Of a DNA stretch of 64,000 bases, positions 28,142-38,320 are shown piece after piece. The notes beneath the pieces were generated by a model. It saw nothing but the letters and a program-made list of their open reading frames with translations, had not been told where the DNA came from and made no database searches. The stretch is from Candidatus Latescibacterota bacterium (GTDB lineage Bacteria; Latescibacterota; UBA2968; UBA8231). The DNA lies in contig CBDAOB010000004.1 of assembly GCA_965197905.1 (NCBI GenBank), positions 512,001 through 576,000 of the forward strand. The letters are read 5' to 3'. Both the position numbers and the translations under genes were made by a program. The first letter of the stretch is position 1. Each line of letters opens with the position of its first letter.

Positions 28142-31100
28142 GTGAGTCTAAACGTGGAGATCGTGACCATGCAGAAGAACAGGTCCGTTCCTGAGGGTGT
28201 GGAGCAAAGTGGAAGGCCGTTCCCTATTCTCCAGCAGAATCGACTTCAATCTAAAACCCACCAACTGATTTTGATGTGGGTAATACCCGTTAACCTTCCT
28301 AGACGGCCGGCGCCGAATCGAAACCGCGCCGGTCTTTTTCTTCTCGTTGCAGCGCTAACCGTCCAATTGAGCTTTGCTCAAACCCTGCCGCTCCTGGAGG
28401 TCGCGAAACCTCGGTTGTTGATGCGCCAGGAGCGCACGGCCTACCGCAACTTCGCCTTCGATAACTGGGTCAACTATCCGAACCACGCCTCTCCGTACGA
28501 AGATGCGCCGAAGGCAATCTATGGTAGCATGGGGAACTATCTCCTCAGCGGCTACCCCGCCTACGAATGGCTCGAAACCCGGCGCCCGGACCAGAAGTGG
28601 GGTAGCTCTATCTTCAAGGATGTACCGCTTCAGGCACTCTCCGGGAGTGATTGGGTCACCATCTTCGACAGCATGCTCGTGGGAAAGGACGGATATGGAA
28701 ACTGGGGCTACAGCCTGATTGTCGGCGATGCGCTGCTGGCACGCCTGACTCCCTTGACCTTGTCGAAGGCCAACTTCAACGGGTTTCGGATGGATATCGC
28801 CACGCCGTACCTGCAGCTCACCGGCATGGCCTCTCGCTTCGAACGGCCGCACTCGTTTCAGGAGGTGGTGACGCCCTGGATGGTCGACGACTACTTCCAC
28901 ATGGCCGACGATTCGACGCTCATGCTGGCGGGACGTGCGCAGGGGCAGTTCGGAGGATTGCAGCTGGGGTTGAATTGGGTCAACCAACATCTCTACCAGA
29001 GCACCAAGCCGGGGAACAGTCTCAAGGGCATCCTCCGACCCGGGCAGGCATTGATCGATCAGGTTCTGGTGCGCATCTCCGACGACTCCCCATTGGACGG
29101 GAGCGGTGGCGCCGTCGTACAGGATATTCAGATACGGGTCAACGGTGAATTGCGTCCTGACTTGAAGCGACCACCCATCCTCCACGCCAGCGGTGTCCAG
29201 ATTCAAGTCGGGCGAATCTCCCAGGAGACGGGCTCGTTTTCACCTATATCCTACAACACGCCGAGCCCCAGCCTTGACGTAGAAGGGCTCGTCTTTTACC
29301 GCGAACGAGAAATTCCCCTCTACGCCGATTACCTCTACCGGCTGGATCACGAGGCGGGCATTGACGTCAGCAAACAGACCAACCTCAAGGGATTGGTATC
29401 CAGCTTTCGCATACATCCGGGTGGAGTAGCGCGGGTGGACGGTAACGAGCAGCTGGTCTACCTGTTCGACCTGACCCAGGAGGGCTCGCCGCAATCGGTC
29501 GAGCTGGAGGCGATGTTGGCAAACGACTACAAGGTCGAGATCGCCCTCTTGAGCAACCGGAGTCCCCGCGCCAGGGGGTTACACGCCCAGTACATCAGCT
29601 CCTTCTATCGCACGGTGGCACGCGCAAAAGGGAATGTGCGGGATGAAACCAACATCCGGCAGTTGCGTATTCCGATCGACGAGAACACCGGACAGTTCGT
29701 CTACAGCGCCGACTTTTCGCTGCAAACTCTCGGTCTGGAGATCAAAGGAGAATTCGCTCGCTCGGCACTGCACTCGCGCTTTCCGGCTCACCTGGATCGG
29801 GAACCCACTTTCGCCGACGGCGCCCATTCGGTCGATCGCGGCAATGCCTATTTCATCAACGCCACGCGCTGGTTTGGCCGCGCGCGGTTTGGGGCCGAAT
29901 ATTTCTCCATCAATCCCGAATTCCAGACGGAGATTCGCACCTTTTTCGATCCAACCTTCGAGATCGAAGTGACCAATCTCTACGGCCTCGCCAATCGCAC
30001 CCTCTACTGGCAGCTGGTTGACGACAACGAGGATGGCGATGCGTATCCCGACCGGCGCATCGGCAATCTTCCCGGACTCATCAACGACTCCAAAGCGTAC
30101 GACATCGACGGAGTGTTTCCCGGCCAGGATGAGGATCGAGACGGCGCACCGCGGACCAACCGCAACCTGAATACGGTGCCGGACTACGAAGAGCCGTTCC
30201 TGATGTTCGACATCGAGCCCAACGAATACATCTACGGCCTCGATCGCAACAACAATGACGAACCCGACTTCAGGGAGGATGATGGGGCGGTGGATTACCC
30301 GTACGACTACGACCAGCACGGCTACCACCTGTTCGGCCAGTTCGATCTCACTAGACGATGGAAGCTGGCCGTCGGTCAGCATCGCGTGGATGAAGTGGCG
30401 GGGGGAGGCCGCAACCATTCCTCATACGCGATTCTCACTTTCCGGCGAGAAGGGGTCGCTATGATCCGGCGCATCTTCCTCGAAAATCACCTGCGGCGGG
30501 TCCGAGACGATATATCCGACGAGTACGTCGTGGTGGACGAGGTTCCCATTCGCCAGGGGCAGTTCGGCCAGCTCGGCCTCACTTTCTACTACGAAAAGCA
30601 CGACGGATCGCTGCCCCCGCCGCGGTTCGTGCAGCGGTTTCGTCGCGATCCGGTCTGGTACGCGGACAGCTACGTGAACGAGTCCTACGCCGAGGCGCGG
30701 GTGCGTCCCGTTCCGAATCTCGAGCTCACCCAAACGTTGCGCGCGCGTTTCAACTGGCAGCAGGGGGGGCGTCTCTACAATGGGCAGTATCAACGCAGCC
30801 GCCGGCTCGACTTCTGGTCGTGGGTGGGGAGCGTCGATTACGAACATCATTGGGGCCGAGCGACCATTCGACCCCAGTACAAGTTCATGTTGCTCCGCCT
30901 CGTCGATCAGGAACGGAACCTGAGTTTCAGTTCGGAGACTCGTTCAATTCCCATACTGCGTTTCTCCATGCTGGTGGTGAGCCGCACCGTGCTTCAGGCT
31001 GGCGTCCAGGGATTTGGACCTTTGCCCTACCGTCACGACGATCGCATCGCCAAACGGAACAGCTTCGAGCAGCGCACCTCCTTCGTCACCTTGACCAACC

Positions 31101-31258
31101 GCAGCGCCTATTTCGGCTACGAGCTGGTGACCATCTTCGGAGTAGGCAAGGACGAAAAGAAGCTAAAAGGCGAATTCCAGGATCACCGCGCCTTCCACGA
31201 CCTGACCCTGTTTGCAAGGGCGATCATCGGTTTCACCGAATACGGCCGCCTGATATAG
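28142..31258 (+). CDS. large probable outer-membrane protein with Ca-binding-like loops (paralog 3 of 4; true start probably near 28274)
   Basis: signal ...LFLLVAALTVQLSFA-Q; DDNEDGDAYPD, DRNNNDEPD; ends GFTEYGRLI. Confidence 0.75.
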   Translation: MSLNVEIVTMQKNRSVPEGVEQSGRPFPILQQNRLQSKTHQLILMWVIPVNLPRRPAPNRNRAGLFLLVAALTVQLSFAQTLPLLEVAKPRLLMRQERTAYRNFAFDNWVNYPNHASPYEDAPKAIYGSMGNYLLSGYPAYEWLETRRPDQKWGSSIFKDVPLQALSGSDWVTIFDSMLVGKDGYGNWGYSLIVGDALLARLTPLTLSKANFNGFRMDIATPYLQLTGMASRFERPHSFQEVVTPWMVDDYFHMADDSTLMLAGRAQGQFGGLQLGLNWVNQHLYQSTKPGNSLKGILRPGQALIDQVLVRISDDSPLDGSGGAVVQDIQIRVNGELRPDLKRPPILHASGVQIQVGRISQETGSFSPISYNTPSPSLDVEGLVFYREREIPLYADYLYRLDHEAGIDVSKQTNLKGLVSSFRIHPGGVARVDGNEQLVYLFDLTQEGSPQSVELEAMLANDYKVEIALLSNRSPRARGLHAQYISSFYRTVARAKGNVRDETNIRQLRIPIDENTGQFVYSADFSLQTLGLEIKGEFARSALHSRFPAHLDREPTFADGAHSVDRGNAYFINATRWFGRARFGAEYFSINPEFQTEIRTFFDPTFEIEVTNLYGLANRTLYWQLVDDNEDGDAYPDRRIGNLPGLINDSKAYDIDGVFPGQDEDRDGAPRTNRNLNTVPDYEEPFLMFDIEPNEYIYGLDRNNNDEPDFREDDGAVDYPYDYDQHGYHLFGQFDLTRRWKLAVGQHRVDEVAGGGRNHSSYAILTFRREGVAMIRRIFLENHLRRVRDDISDEYVVVDEVPIRQGQFGQLGLTFYYEKHDGSLPPPRFVQRFRRDPVWYADSYVNESYAEARVRPVPNLELTQTLRARFNWQQGGRLYNGQYQRSRRLDFWSWVGSVDYEHHWGRATIRPQYKFMLLRLVDQERNLSFSSETRSIPILRFSMLVVSRTVLQAGVQGFGPLPYRHDDRIAKRNSFEQRTSFVTLTNRSAYFGYELVTIFGVGKDEKKLKGEFQDHRAFHDLTLFARAIIGFTEYGRLI

Positions 31259-31327
31259 TGTCCTGTATCAAAAGTATCGACGAGGACAGTTTCGCCGAGT
31301 GGATCGGCCGTTGACAAGGGGCCTGCC

Positions 31328-32884
31328 TTGACCCACTTGACTGACGTCAACACGAGTGACATCGAGGACGCGGTCCGCCTCGGGTGTCACTGCATGTGCA
31401 ACATGTTCGATGCCGACGATGGCGACGTGCCGTACTTCCGCGTGGTCGCCAGGCCGGACGCGTTTCTAGGCATCCCCCTGATCGAGCACGTTCCCGGCCG
31501 GCACCTCAACGCCCTTCTCAACGCCGAGGACGTCGTCGAGGTGGCCATCGACGAAGAGGCCATCGACAAGCACGCGCGGGTGGCCTTCCTGTCCTACTGC
31601 GGCCCGCTGCCACTGTCCCTCGGCCGGCAGGACGGGGCGGGGCCGCCGCGCATGTTCGTGCCGCACCACGTGCGCGAGGGCTTCCACGCCCTGTACGCCC
31701 TCGTCGAGTTCCGGGGATCACTCCGGGCCCGCGATCTCGCTGAGGCGAGCATACAGACCATCCTCGATTACTGGAATCCTGAGACCGAGTGGGACGCGGC
31801 GCGGCTCGAGCAGCAGGGCATCGTGTTCAATGATTCCGGCACGTTCATCTCCGGGGTTGCGCGCACGATCGGTCCCCTGGTGAAGTACTATCGCTCCACG
31901 GGTCACGCCGCCGCGCTCGAGCTCGCGCTACTGCTGAAGGAGAAGGCGATCGGCCGCTACTTCACCGCGGACGGCTCCTACGACCGCGAGCTGTTCGGCA
32001 CGCATGCCCACTCTGTCACCTGCACCATGTCGTCCCTGGCACAGCTCGCCGACCTGACCGTTGACACGCCATTGATGAACCGGGTGAAGGCGTTCTACGA
32101 CAACGGTCTCTTTGAGATGCGCGACGGGATTGGCTGGTCCATCGAGGACACGTCACCGGAGAGCAACAGGCCCGACGAGGGCGAGATGAACAACACCGGC
32201 GACATCCTCGAGACGGCGCTGATCCTGGGGCGGTGGGGGTACACCGAGTACTACCACGACGCCGAGCGGATCCTGCGCTGTCATCTGCTGCCGTCGCAGC
32301 TGCGCGACGTATCGTGGATCGAGGCGCCGGCGAATCCGGACGGGGTAGACGCCCTGACCGATGTCGCCGGGCGCATCCGGGGCTCCTTCGGCTTCCCGGC
32401 CCCTTTCGGGCACGGACCCCTCGAACAGGAGCGCATGCGCTTCAACACCGACGTCGTCGGCGGCGCGGTCGGGTCGCTGTGCGAGGCCCTTCGGGAAGCG
32501 ACGCGGTTCGACGCGACCGGCCACCGGGTCAATCTGCTCTTCGATCGCGAGACGCGTCACCTGAAGATCGAATCTCCCTACACCCATCCTACGCTGTCGG
32601 TGCGGGTGAAGACGCCCGCACCGCTGTTCGTCCGCCTGCCGCCCTGGGTCGACGTGGCGGCAATGCGCCTCGAGGGCGTGGAGGGAGAGCTCCGCATGGC
32701 GAACGGATATCTGTTCGTGGCCGAGCCGCCGCTGAACCGGCCCATCACCATCGCCTTCGAGCTGCCTACCGAGGAGATCGTGCTCGCCCACCGCACGCGG
32801 GAGATCAAGGCGCGCTTGCGCGGCGACGAGGTGGCGGCGATGGAGAGCTTTGGCGCCGACCTGACGTTCTTCGAGCCGTTATGA
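31328..32884 (+). CDS. GH127-like conserved hypothetical (paralog 2 of 2)
   Basis: DVNTSDIEDAVRLGC...PGRHLNALLNAED...EMNNTGD...FGADLTFF colinear with 16053..17654. Confidence 0.6.
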   Translation: MTHLTDVNTSDIEDAVRLGCHCMCNMFDADDGDVPYFRVVARPDAFLGIPLIEHVPGRHLNALLNAEDVVEVAIDEEAIDKHARVAFLSYCGPLPLSLGRQDGAGPPRMFVPHHVREGFHALYALVEFRGSLRARDLAEASIQTILDYWNPETEWDAARLEQQGIVFNDSGTFISGVARTIGPLVKYYRSTGHAAALELALLLKEKAIGRYFTADGSYDRELFGTHAHSVTCTMSSLAQLADLTVDTPLMNRVKAFYDNGLFEMRDGIGWSIEDTSPESNRPDEGEMNNTGDILETALILGRWGYTEYYHDAERILRCHLLPSQLRDVSWIEAPANPDGVDALTDVAGRIRGSFGFPAPFGHGPLEQERMRFNTDVVGGAVGSLCEALREATRFDATGHRVNLLFDRETRHLKIESPYTHPTLSVRVKTPAPLFVRLPPWVDVAAMRLEGVEGELRMANGYLFVAEPPLNRPITIAFELPTEEIVLAHRTREIKARLRGDEVAAMESFGADLTFFEPL

Positions 32885-32916
32885 GCACAACTTTGGCTAC
32901 CGCAATCGGCGTCGGC

Positions 32917-32966
32917 AAAAGGCACTTGCTTTCCCATCAAGAAAAGGATTGCAAGTGCCTATTTTT
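32917..32966. terminator. hairpin between converging 31328..32884 and tRNA-Arg(TCG)
   Basis: AAAAGGCACTTGC ... GCAAGTGCCTATTTTT. Confidence 0.6.
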
Positions 32967-32981
32967 AATTAATTTAAGTTA

Positions 32982-33058
32982 TGGCGCACCCAGTAGGACT
33001 CGAACCCACAACCCCCTGATCCGAAGTCAGGTGCTCTATCCAATTGAGCTATGGGTGC
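32982..33058 (-). tRNA. tRNA-Arg(TCG)
   Basis: 77-nt cloverleaf GCACCCA...CCTGA-CTTCGGA-TCAGG...GGTTCGAGTCC...TGGGTGCGCCA. Confidence 0.95.
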
Positions 33059-33183
33059 ACCCAAGAAAGCATTTTTTGGCGGTCGACCACATCGAAGCTA
33101 CAAACAAATGACGCTTCCGTCACCGTAGGTTCCCGACGGCTCTTCGTCGATCGCCTGAAGTAGCCCGCGTCGTACTCCAATAG

Positions 33184-33213
33184 AAAAGGGCCCGATCGAC
33201 GACCAGGCCCTTT
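33184..33213 (-). terminator. rho-independent terminator of the sigma factor gene
   Basis: AAAAGGGCC...GGCCCTTT hairpin with U-run on the minus strand. Confidence 0.6.
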
Positions 33214-33259
33214 CCCCTCCGTAATACTGACTTCGTTACCCTACTATTAGTACACCTTC

Positions 33260-34126
33260 TTAGTATACCTCGACTTCGTCAATCAACGACCGTAGTGCTC
33301 CGCCGGTCTCAGGATGGCGCAGCTTGAGAAAGGCCCGTTCCTTCAGTTGCCGCACGCGTTCGCGAGTCAACCCCATGACCGAACCGATCTCCTCCAATGT
33401 CATCGGTTCGTTGCCATCCAAGCCGAAGTAGAGCCGAAGAATATAACGCTCACGATCATCCAGGTATTTTAGCGCGGCGGCAACCTCATCGGTTACGTCC
33501 CGCTTGAAGAGGGCTGTATCCGGCCCGTCCTGCTTGGTGTCGGAAAGCACACTGAGCAACGTACGATCATCGCCGTCGTCGAAACTGTCATCCAACGATC
33601 GTGCCGGGCGCCCGCTGAGCATCGCGTCTAGGACTTCGTCGGCCGACAGATCAAGCTCGTCGGCAATCTCCTCGACCTTCGGCTCGCTTTCGCGACCCTG
33701 TCCAAGCCGCTTGGCAGCCTTGGAGATGTCATTCAACAGGCTAAGCTTGTTCAGCGGCAGACGCACGGTGCGACCATGATCTGCTATTCCCTGCAGGATC
33801 GACTGCTTGATCCACCAGACGGCGTAGGAGATGAACTTGTACCCCTTGTCCCCGTCGAAACGCTCGGACGCAATCAGCAAGCCCATGTTCCCCAGGCTGA
33901 TCAGCTCACCCATATCCAAACCGCGGTTCTGATACCCCTTAGCCACATCGATCACAAAACGCAGATTCGCTTCGACGAGTTCCTGCCGAGCATCGTGGTC
34001 ACCGCCTTTGATGAGCCTCGACAGCTCTTGCTCCCGCTCGCGGGACAGCGGCGTGGAGTCGGCAATATCCTCGAAATACATGCGCAGGGTAATGTCCTGC
34101 CGTTCCATGAGTTCCTTGATAGCCAT
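33260..34126 (-). CDS. sigma-70 family factor, RpoD/RpoS-like, lacking region 1.1
   Basis: ANLRFVIDVAK, KFISYAVWWIKQSI, TVRLP, TLEEIG...LTRERVRQ. Confidence 0.92.
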   Translation of the reverse strand: MAIKELMERQDITLRMYFEDIADSTPLSREREQELSRLIKGGDHDARQELVEANLRFVIDVAKGYQNRGLDMGELISLGNMGLLIASERFDGDKGYKFISYAVWWIKQSILQGIADHGRTVRLPLNKLSLLNDISKAAKRLGQGRESEPKVEEIADELDLSADEVLDAMLSGRPARSLDDSFDDGDDRTLLSVLSDTKQDGPDTALFKRDVTDEVAAALKYLDDRERYILRLYFGLDGNEPMTLEEIGSVMGLTRERVRQLKERAFLKLRHPETGGALRSLIDEVEVY

Positions 34127-34336
34127 GATTACCTCATCCTGCTTGATGCAAATTCTGCACGACCGTCACCATCGTCTTCTGGTCGCATGCAGATTTTGCT
34201 TTTTTGTTCGACCGCAAGGAGTTGTGAGAATTCGCCGTCCCGGCGGGTTTATCAGAAACCCTGCCGAGGCTGGCTTACAACCGATCGATCGAAAGTCTTC
34301 TCGGGAGCAGAGCTTAAACTCTGCATATTGGTGTTA

Positions 34337-34352
34337 TGCAAATTGTGTGCCA
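34337..34352 (-). promoter_or_regulatory. sigma-54 (-24/-12) promoter for the sigma-70 gene
   Basis: minus strand TGGCAC-ACAAT-TTGCA, exact consensus spacing, about 210 nt upstream of the ATG. Confidence 0.7.
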
Positions 34353-34440
34353 GCATCGACTTAATCCTCTTAACATGTTGTAAATATTGCATTTTTGTCG
34401 ATACATTTGCACCGACGGTAGATACAAAATGTTGTGGAAT

Positions 34441-34475
34441 GTAATCATGCATGCAATTATTGCACGCATGATTAC
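34441..34475. promoter_or_regulatory. 35-bp near-perfect palindrome, candidate enhancer/operator
   Basis: GTAATCATGCATGCAAT-T-ATTGCACGCATGATTAC, 17-bp arms with 1 mismatch. Confidence 0.55.
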
Positions 34476-34505
34476 GCCTGCGGAGAATCAGGTCGGGATC
34501 CGCCG

Positions 34506-35744
34506 CTAAGGAGGCGCAAAAGGCAGAAAGTAACAGGCCGCATCGGCAAAGGCCAACTCCGTCGCTTCCGGGCAAAGCATATAAACTCCGTACCGAACCT
34601 CTGGTTGAGACGGCAGCAGAAGCGCTTCGAGAAACAGGATACCTCCATCGCCGCCGCGAACAGCCGCCGGACCGACAGCTATGCGAAACGGATGGGGCCG
34701 CGATAGCGATCCATCCGGGTGTTGTTCGTAGAGCGATAGATACGAATCGCGTATCGTTCGCGCTCCGACCAGCACCAGCATGCCCTCGCCGGTTGTTGAG
34801 AAGGGTGTCGCGGAGTAAAGCTGTGGGACGCAAGGACCAATCCGGTGACTAGGTAGACGAACGCGCGGGGTTGTGCGCCAACACCGATAATCAATGCCAC
34901 CAGGAAAGGGACACCCCACGGCAATCCCAAATAGAATCTTGCCTCGAGCCGACGTCCTACCATAATGGCGATCCCCACTGCTGCTCCCACCGCCGGAACG
35001 AGACCGGTCCAGCCGCCGACAAACTGAAGGATTACCCCCGACATGAATTGCGGCGTCACCAGCGGATCCACCCAGGTATCGATTCCCCATCGCGCACTGG
35101 CGTCAAGCAACGGCAGGTAGGCGAGAGCGATCGAGATCAGCGCCGCCCCTCCGGAGAGGATCAGAGAACAACGCAACTTCCCGCTGCCGCCAATTCCCGC
35201 CCACGCCAACAATGAAAGCAGATGAAAAACGCCACTCGGGAGCGTCCACGCTGCCAGAAAGCCGGAGAGCGCGAAGCCAGTCCAATCGCCAAAGCGGTTG
35301 TTCTGCGTGGCTCGACATAAAAAGAGTGTCGACAGAGGTCGTCAGAATGAGCAGAGATACCCGCGAGCTGCCTGCGAGTGGGAGATGTGGATTGGTAACA
35401 CGGCCAGGAGCCACGCCGCCAAGGTTCGCCGGCTCGGCGAAGAGCGCGCGGCCCAGGAGATAGACCACCGGCACCGTTGCCAGACCTGCCAGCAACGCCG
35501 GCAGGCGCACCATCCAGTTCTCTTTTCCCAGCTGGTTCACGACCAGGCGCACCAGCAGGGAGTGGAAAATGTGGTTATTGGGTTCGGCGTAGGCCGTGAT
35601 CAAACGCGCAACGGGTTGGCTCGAGAAAGCCTCTACCGTGTACGCCTCGTCGTGCCCCAGGCTGGCATCGATTCGCGACAGACGCAGCAGCAAAGCCACC
35701 AGGACTGCTCCGAGGACCAGCCAGGTGTGAAGACGGAATGACAT
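34506..35744 (-). pseudogene. GT39/PMT-like membrane glycosyltransferase, multiply frameshifted
   Basis: LGHDEAYT...PNNHIFHSLL...VRLPALLAG; downstream TM segments in other frames. Confidence 0.7.
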
Positions 35745-35822
35745 TCGACAAAGAACCTAGCCATCGTCTAAGCTAGCAAGCCGTTTGATATGCTCAGTCT
35801 ACCTCCACCGGCCGGGACCTTG

Positions 35823-37562
35823 TCAGTCGTCCGCTTGGCAGCGAATCAACAGCTCGCACTGGTGTAGCGTCGGCCAGCCCTTGCCGACGCCGGGAGCGTT
35901 CAACTCCCAACCGCGCGGCGATTCCTCACCGTCCATGATGACGAGCACCGTATTCTCACCCCGGCGAATGGGGGGATCGTGCACTACGATCCATTCCTCC
36001 CCTTTCGAGCTCCGGATTCTGTCTGTTCCCTGCAGACTAAGTCGCCGCCCGTTCACCTCGCAGACGATACGATCGATATTCTCCTCGTACTCCGTGAGGC
36101 AAAGTCGCAGCTCGGTCTTTCTGATGCGACCGCTGGCGAGTCCACCCTCAACGTCATCTTCCACCTGGAGCCGCATGGCATGTTCCGGACCGGCGCCGCG
36201 GCCGGCGAGCGCGAATTTGCGAGGGATCTGGTGCGCATGGTCTCCGAGATAACCCGCCGTCGCTAGCTGATAGCAGCGATCCAGCGACCCGAGCGCTTCC
36301 GGATCTGCAAGGTCGCGCATCGTCTGCAGGTCGGCGCTCGTATACCGATCGGAAGCAAACGGCCCGATTCGTCCCTGATAGATAGGGGGATACTCGCGGA
36401 CCTCCATGTCGCTGGTGTCGCCCTCGGCCACCGGTTGGGCCCGGTGATTGGCGTAATCGTGGTTGAAGAGATGCACTCCGGCTCCCCCCTGTAGATAGGC
36501 ATTGTGGGCGATCGCGTGGCGAAGCGACGGATGTCCGTCTTCGTAGCCGTTCTGCGGGGACGCGGGGTAGGTCCCACCCGAACCGACAAAGACCAGAGTG
36601 CCGCTCGATGCGGCGGCGGCCGCTGCCCGCGCCACGTCGTTGTGGGATCTCCATCCACCTGGCGAGGAAATGGCGACAAGCTCGAAGAGCCCGTCGCGAA
36701 TCCAGGTTTCGACGTCGAGGCCGATCTCCAGTGAGGCGTCGAGACTGGACGGTACCCTACACGAAAGCTTGACCTCTCGACCGCGCCGTTTGGCGTGTTT
36801 GGCCCCCACCTGACGCGCTTCGCGGATGAACTCGGTCATGGTCTCTACATGCTTGACAGCCTGATGGGGTTTGAAGAACGGCGGGGTACGACAGAAATCC
36901 AGCTCCATCCCGTCCACATCGTAGCGGGCGAGGGTGTCGTCGAAGAGTCCAAGAAAACGGGTTCGAACCTCTTCGCGGGCCCAGTCCCACTGCCAGCAGA
37001 AGTTGAAATCCTGGGCGTAGCCGTCCGTACCGGCTGGCGGCGAACCGATGAGCCAGTCCAGGTGGCCCACCTTCGCGGCCGAGCGACGAGCGTCGGCCAT
37101 CCGGTGCTCCATATTGCAATGGGCATCGTTCATGCGAAAAGAAGCGAAAATTCCCAAACCCACTTCTCGCGCGCGATCCACAAACAGCTGGAAGACATCG
37201 TGACCGTCATCCACCATCGCTTTCAAGTTCATCTGCAGCAGGTCGGAAGATCCGATTATCGCGTCAGCTGCAGGCGCGGCGTTCAGATCGCCATCGGGCA
37301 GGACCTCGGCGATATCCTTCCCCATGGTCTCGCCCCACAACTCTCCGTGGGCGCTGCCGCGCCAGGAAAGGTCATCGTTCACCCCCACCAGCACGGAGAC
37401 CACATCGACGCAGGTGTCGCCCAACGGGACCATCATCTCCGTAACGTCCGCCGGGTTCCGGCGACAGAGGTACTTGAACACCAGGCAACCGTCGGTATTG
37501 AAGACGATGCGCGGGGGCCACCTGTAGCCAGGTGCGGCGTTGGAACTCGTTTCTGCTGGCAT
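35823..37562 (-). CDS. glycosyl-hydrolase-like (GHL10-type) TIM-barrel protein
   Basis: IVFNTDG, ASFRMNDAH, EEVR...YDVDGMELDFCR. Confidence 0.65.
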   Translation of the reverse strand: MPAETSSNAAPGYRWPPRIVFNTDGCLVFKYLCRRNPADVTEMMVPLGDTCVDVVSVLVGVNDDLSWRGSAHGELWGETMGKDIAEVLPDGDLNAAPAADAIIGSSDLLQMNLKAMVDDGHDVFQLFVDRAREVGLGIFASFRMNDAHCNMEHRMADARRSAAKVGHLDWLIGSPPAGTDGYAQDFNFCWQWDWAREEVRTRFLGLFDDTLARYDVDGMELDFCRTPPFFKPHQAVKHVETMTEFIREARQVGAKHAKRRGREVKLSCRVPSSLDASLEIGLDVETWIRDGLFELVAISSPGGWRSHNDVARAAAAAASSGTLVFVGSGGTYPASPQNGYEDGHPSLRHAIAHNAYLQGGAGVHLFNHDYANHRAQPVAEGDTSDMEVREYPPIYQGRIGPFASDRYTSADLQTMRDLADPEALGSLDRCYQLATAGYLGDHAHQIPRKFALAGRGAGPEHAMRLQVEDDVEGGLASGRIRKTELRLCLTEYEENIDRIVCEVNGRRLSLQGTDRIRSSKGEEWIVVHDPPIRRGENTVLVIMDGEESPRGWELNAPGVGKGWPTLHQCELLIRCQADD

Positions 37563-37610
37563 TTTTCCTGTTTCCTTTGTGAGGCCGGTGCGAAAGTGCG
37601 AACAGCTCGA

Positions 37611-38216
37611 CTACTCGGCTTCGATCATCGTTTCCGCCAGGGCGAAGACACACGAGCTGTGCGCTTTCCCCAGGCTTTGGGACCACGCCTCATTGGGATA
37701 CGGCGCTCCGGAAACCCTGTTCCCGTCGACCTCTATGCTCGCTTGCTCGGCGAACAGCAAGATCGTGAAGACGATCTGCGGATGAATCGTCGGCGGCCCA
37801 ACCAAAGAATTCAGATTCGACCAGGTGGCAACGATTCGGTTGGCGCCGGCGTCGATGGTCCAAGAGGGTTCTCGTTGTATGTCGCCGCTAAGGGTGAACT
37901 GCGCGTCGCGGGTAGCGAGCTTTCGGAGCCAGGGACTCTTCTTCAGGTATGGATTATCGCGGATCATCTGAGCGTCGATGAACTGCGCATATTCGCGGTT
38001 ATCGGTGCACACGGCGGCAAACCCGGAGGATTCGGTTCCTGCCAGGTCGTCGGGTATGTCTACGTAGGCCACCGTGCCGCGGCCAGCCGGACTGTAATAA
38101 CTGTGATAGAGGCTGACCATGCCGGTGTTCGACTCGCTGTCAGCCGGTCGGATGTAGTTGATCCAATGTTCCCCGGACCAGAGCAGCTTGCCCCGACTCA
38201 GGTTAGCTGTCGTCAA
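37611..38216 (-). CDS. hypothetical protein
   Basis: 201-aa ORF with RBS GGGAGA, co-oriented with 35823..37562. Confidence 0.6.
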   Translation of the reverse strand: MTTANLSRGKLLWSGEHWINYIRPADSESNTGMVSLYHSYYSPAGRGTVAYVDIPDDLAGTESSGFAAVCTDNREYAQFIDAQMIRDNPYLKKSPWLRKLATRDAQFTLSGDIQREPSWTIDAGANRIVATWSNLNSLVGPPTIHPQIVFTILLFAEQASIEVDGNRVSGAPYPNEAWSQSLGKAHSSCVFALAETMIEAE

Positions 38217-38320
38217 TGTTGATCTCCCTGTTCAGCTCTTATAGCGAAACCACAAGATAGCAGAATCCTACCATTGGAGCGATTTCGCGACCTCCCGACC
38301 GAACCTTGTCCGTTCTGTAA

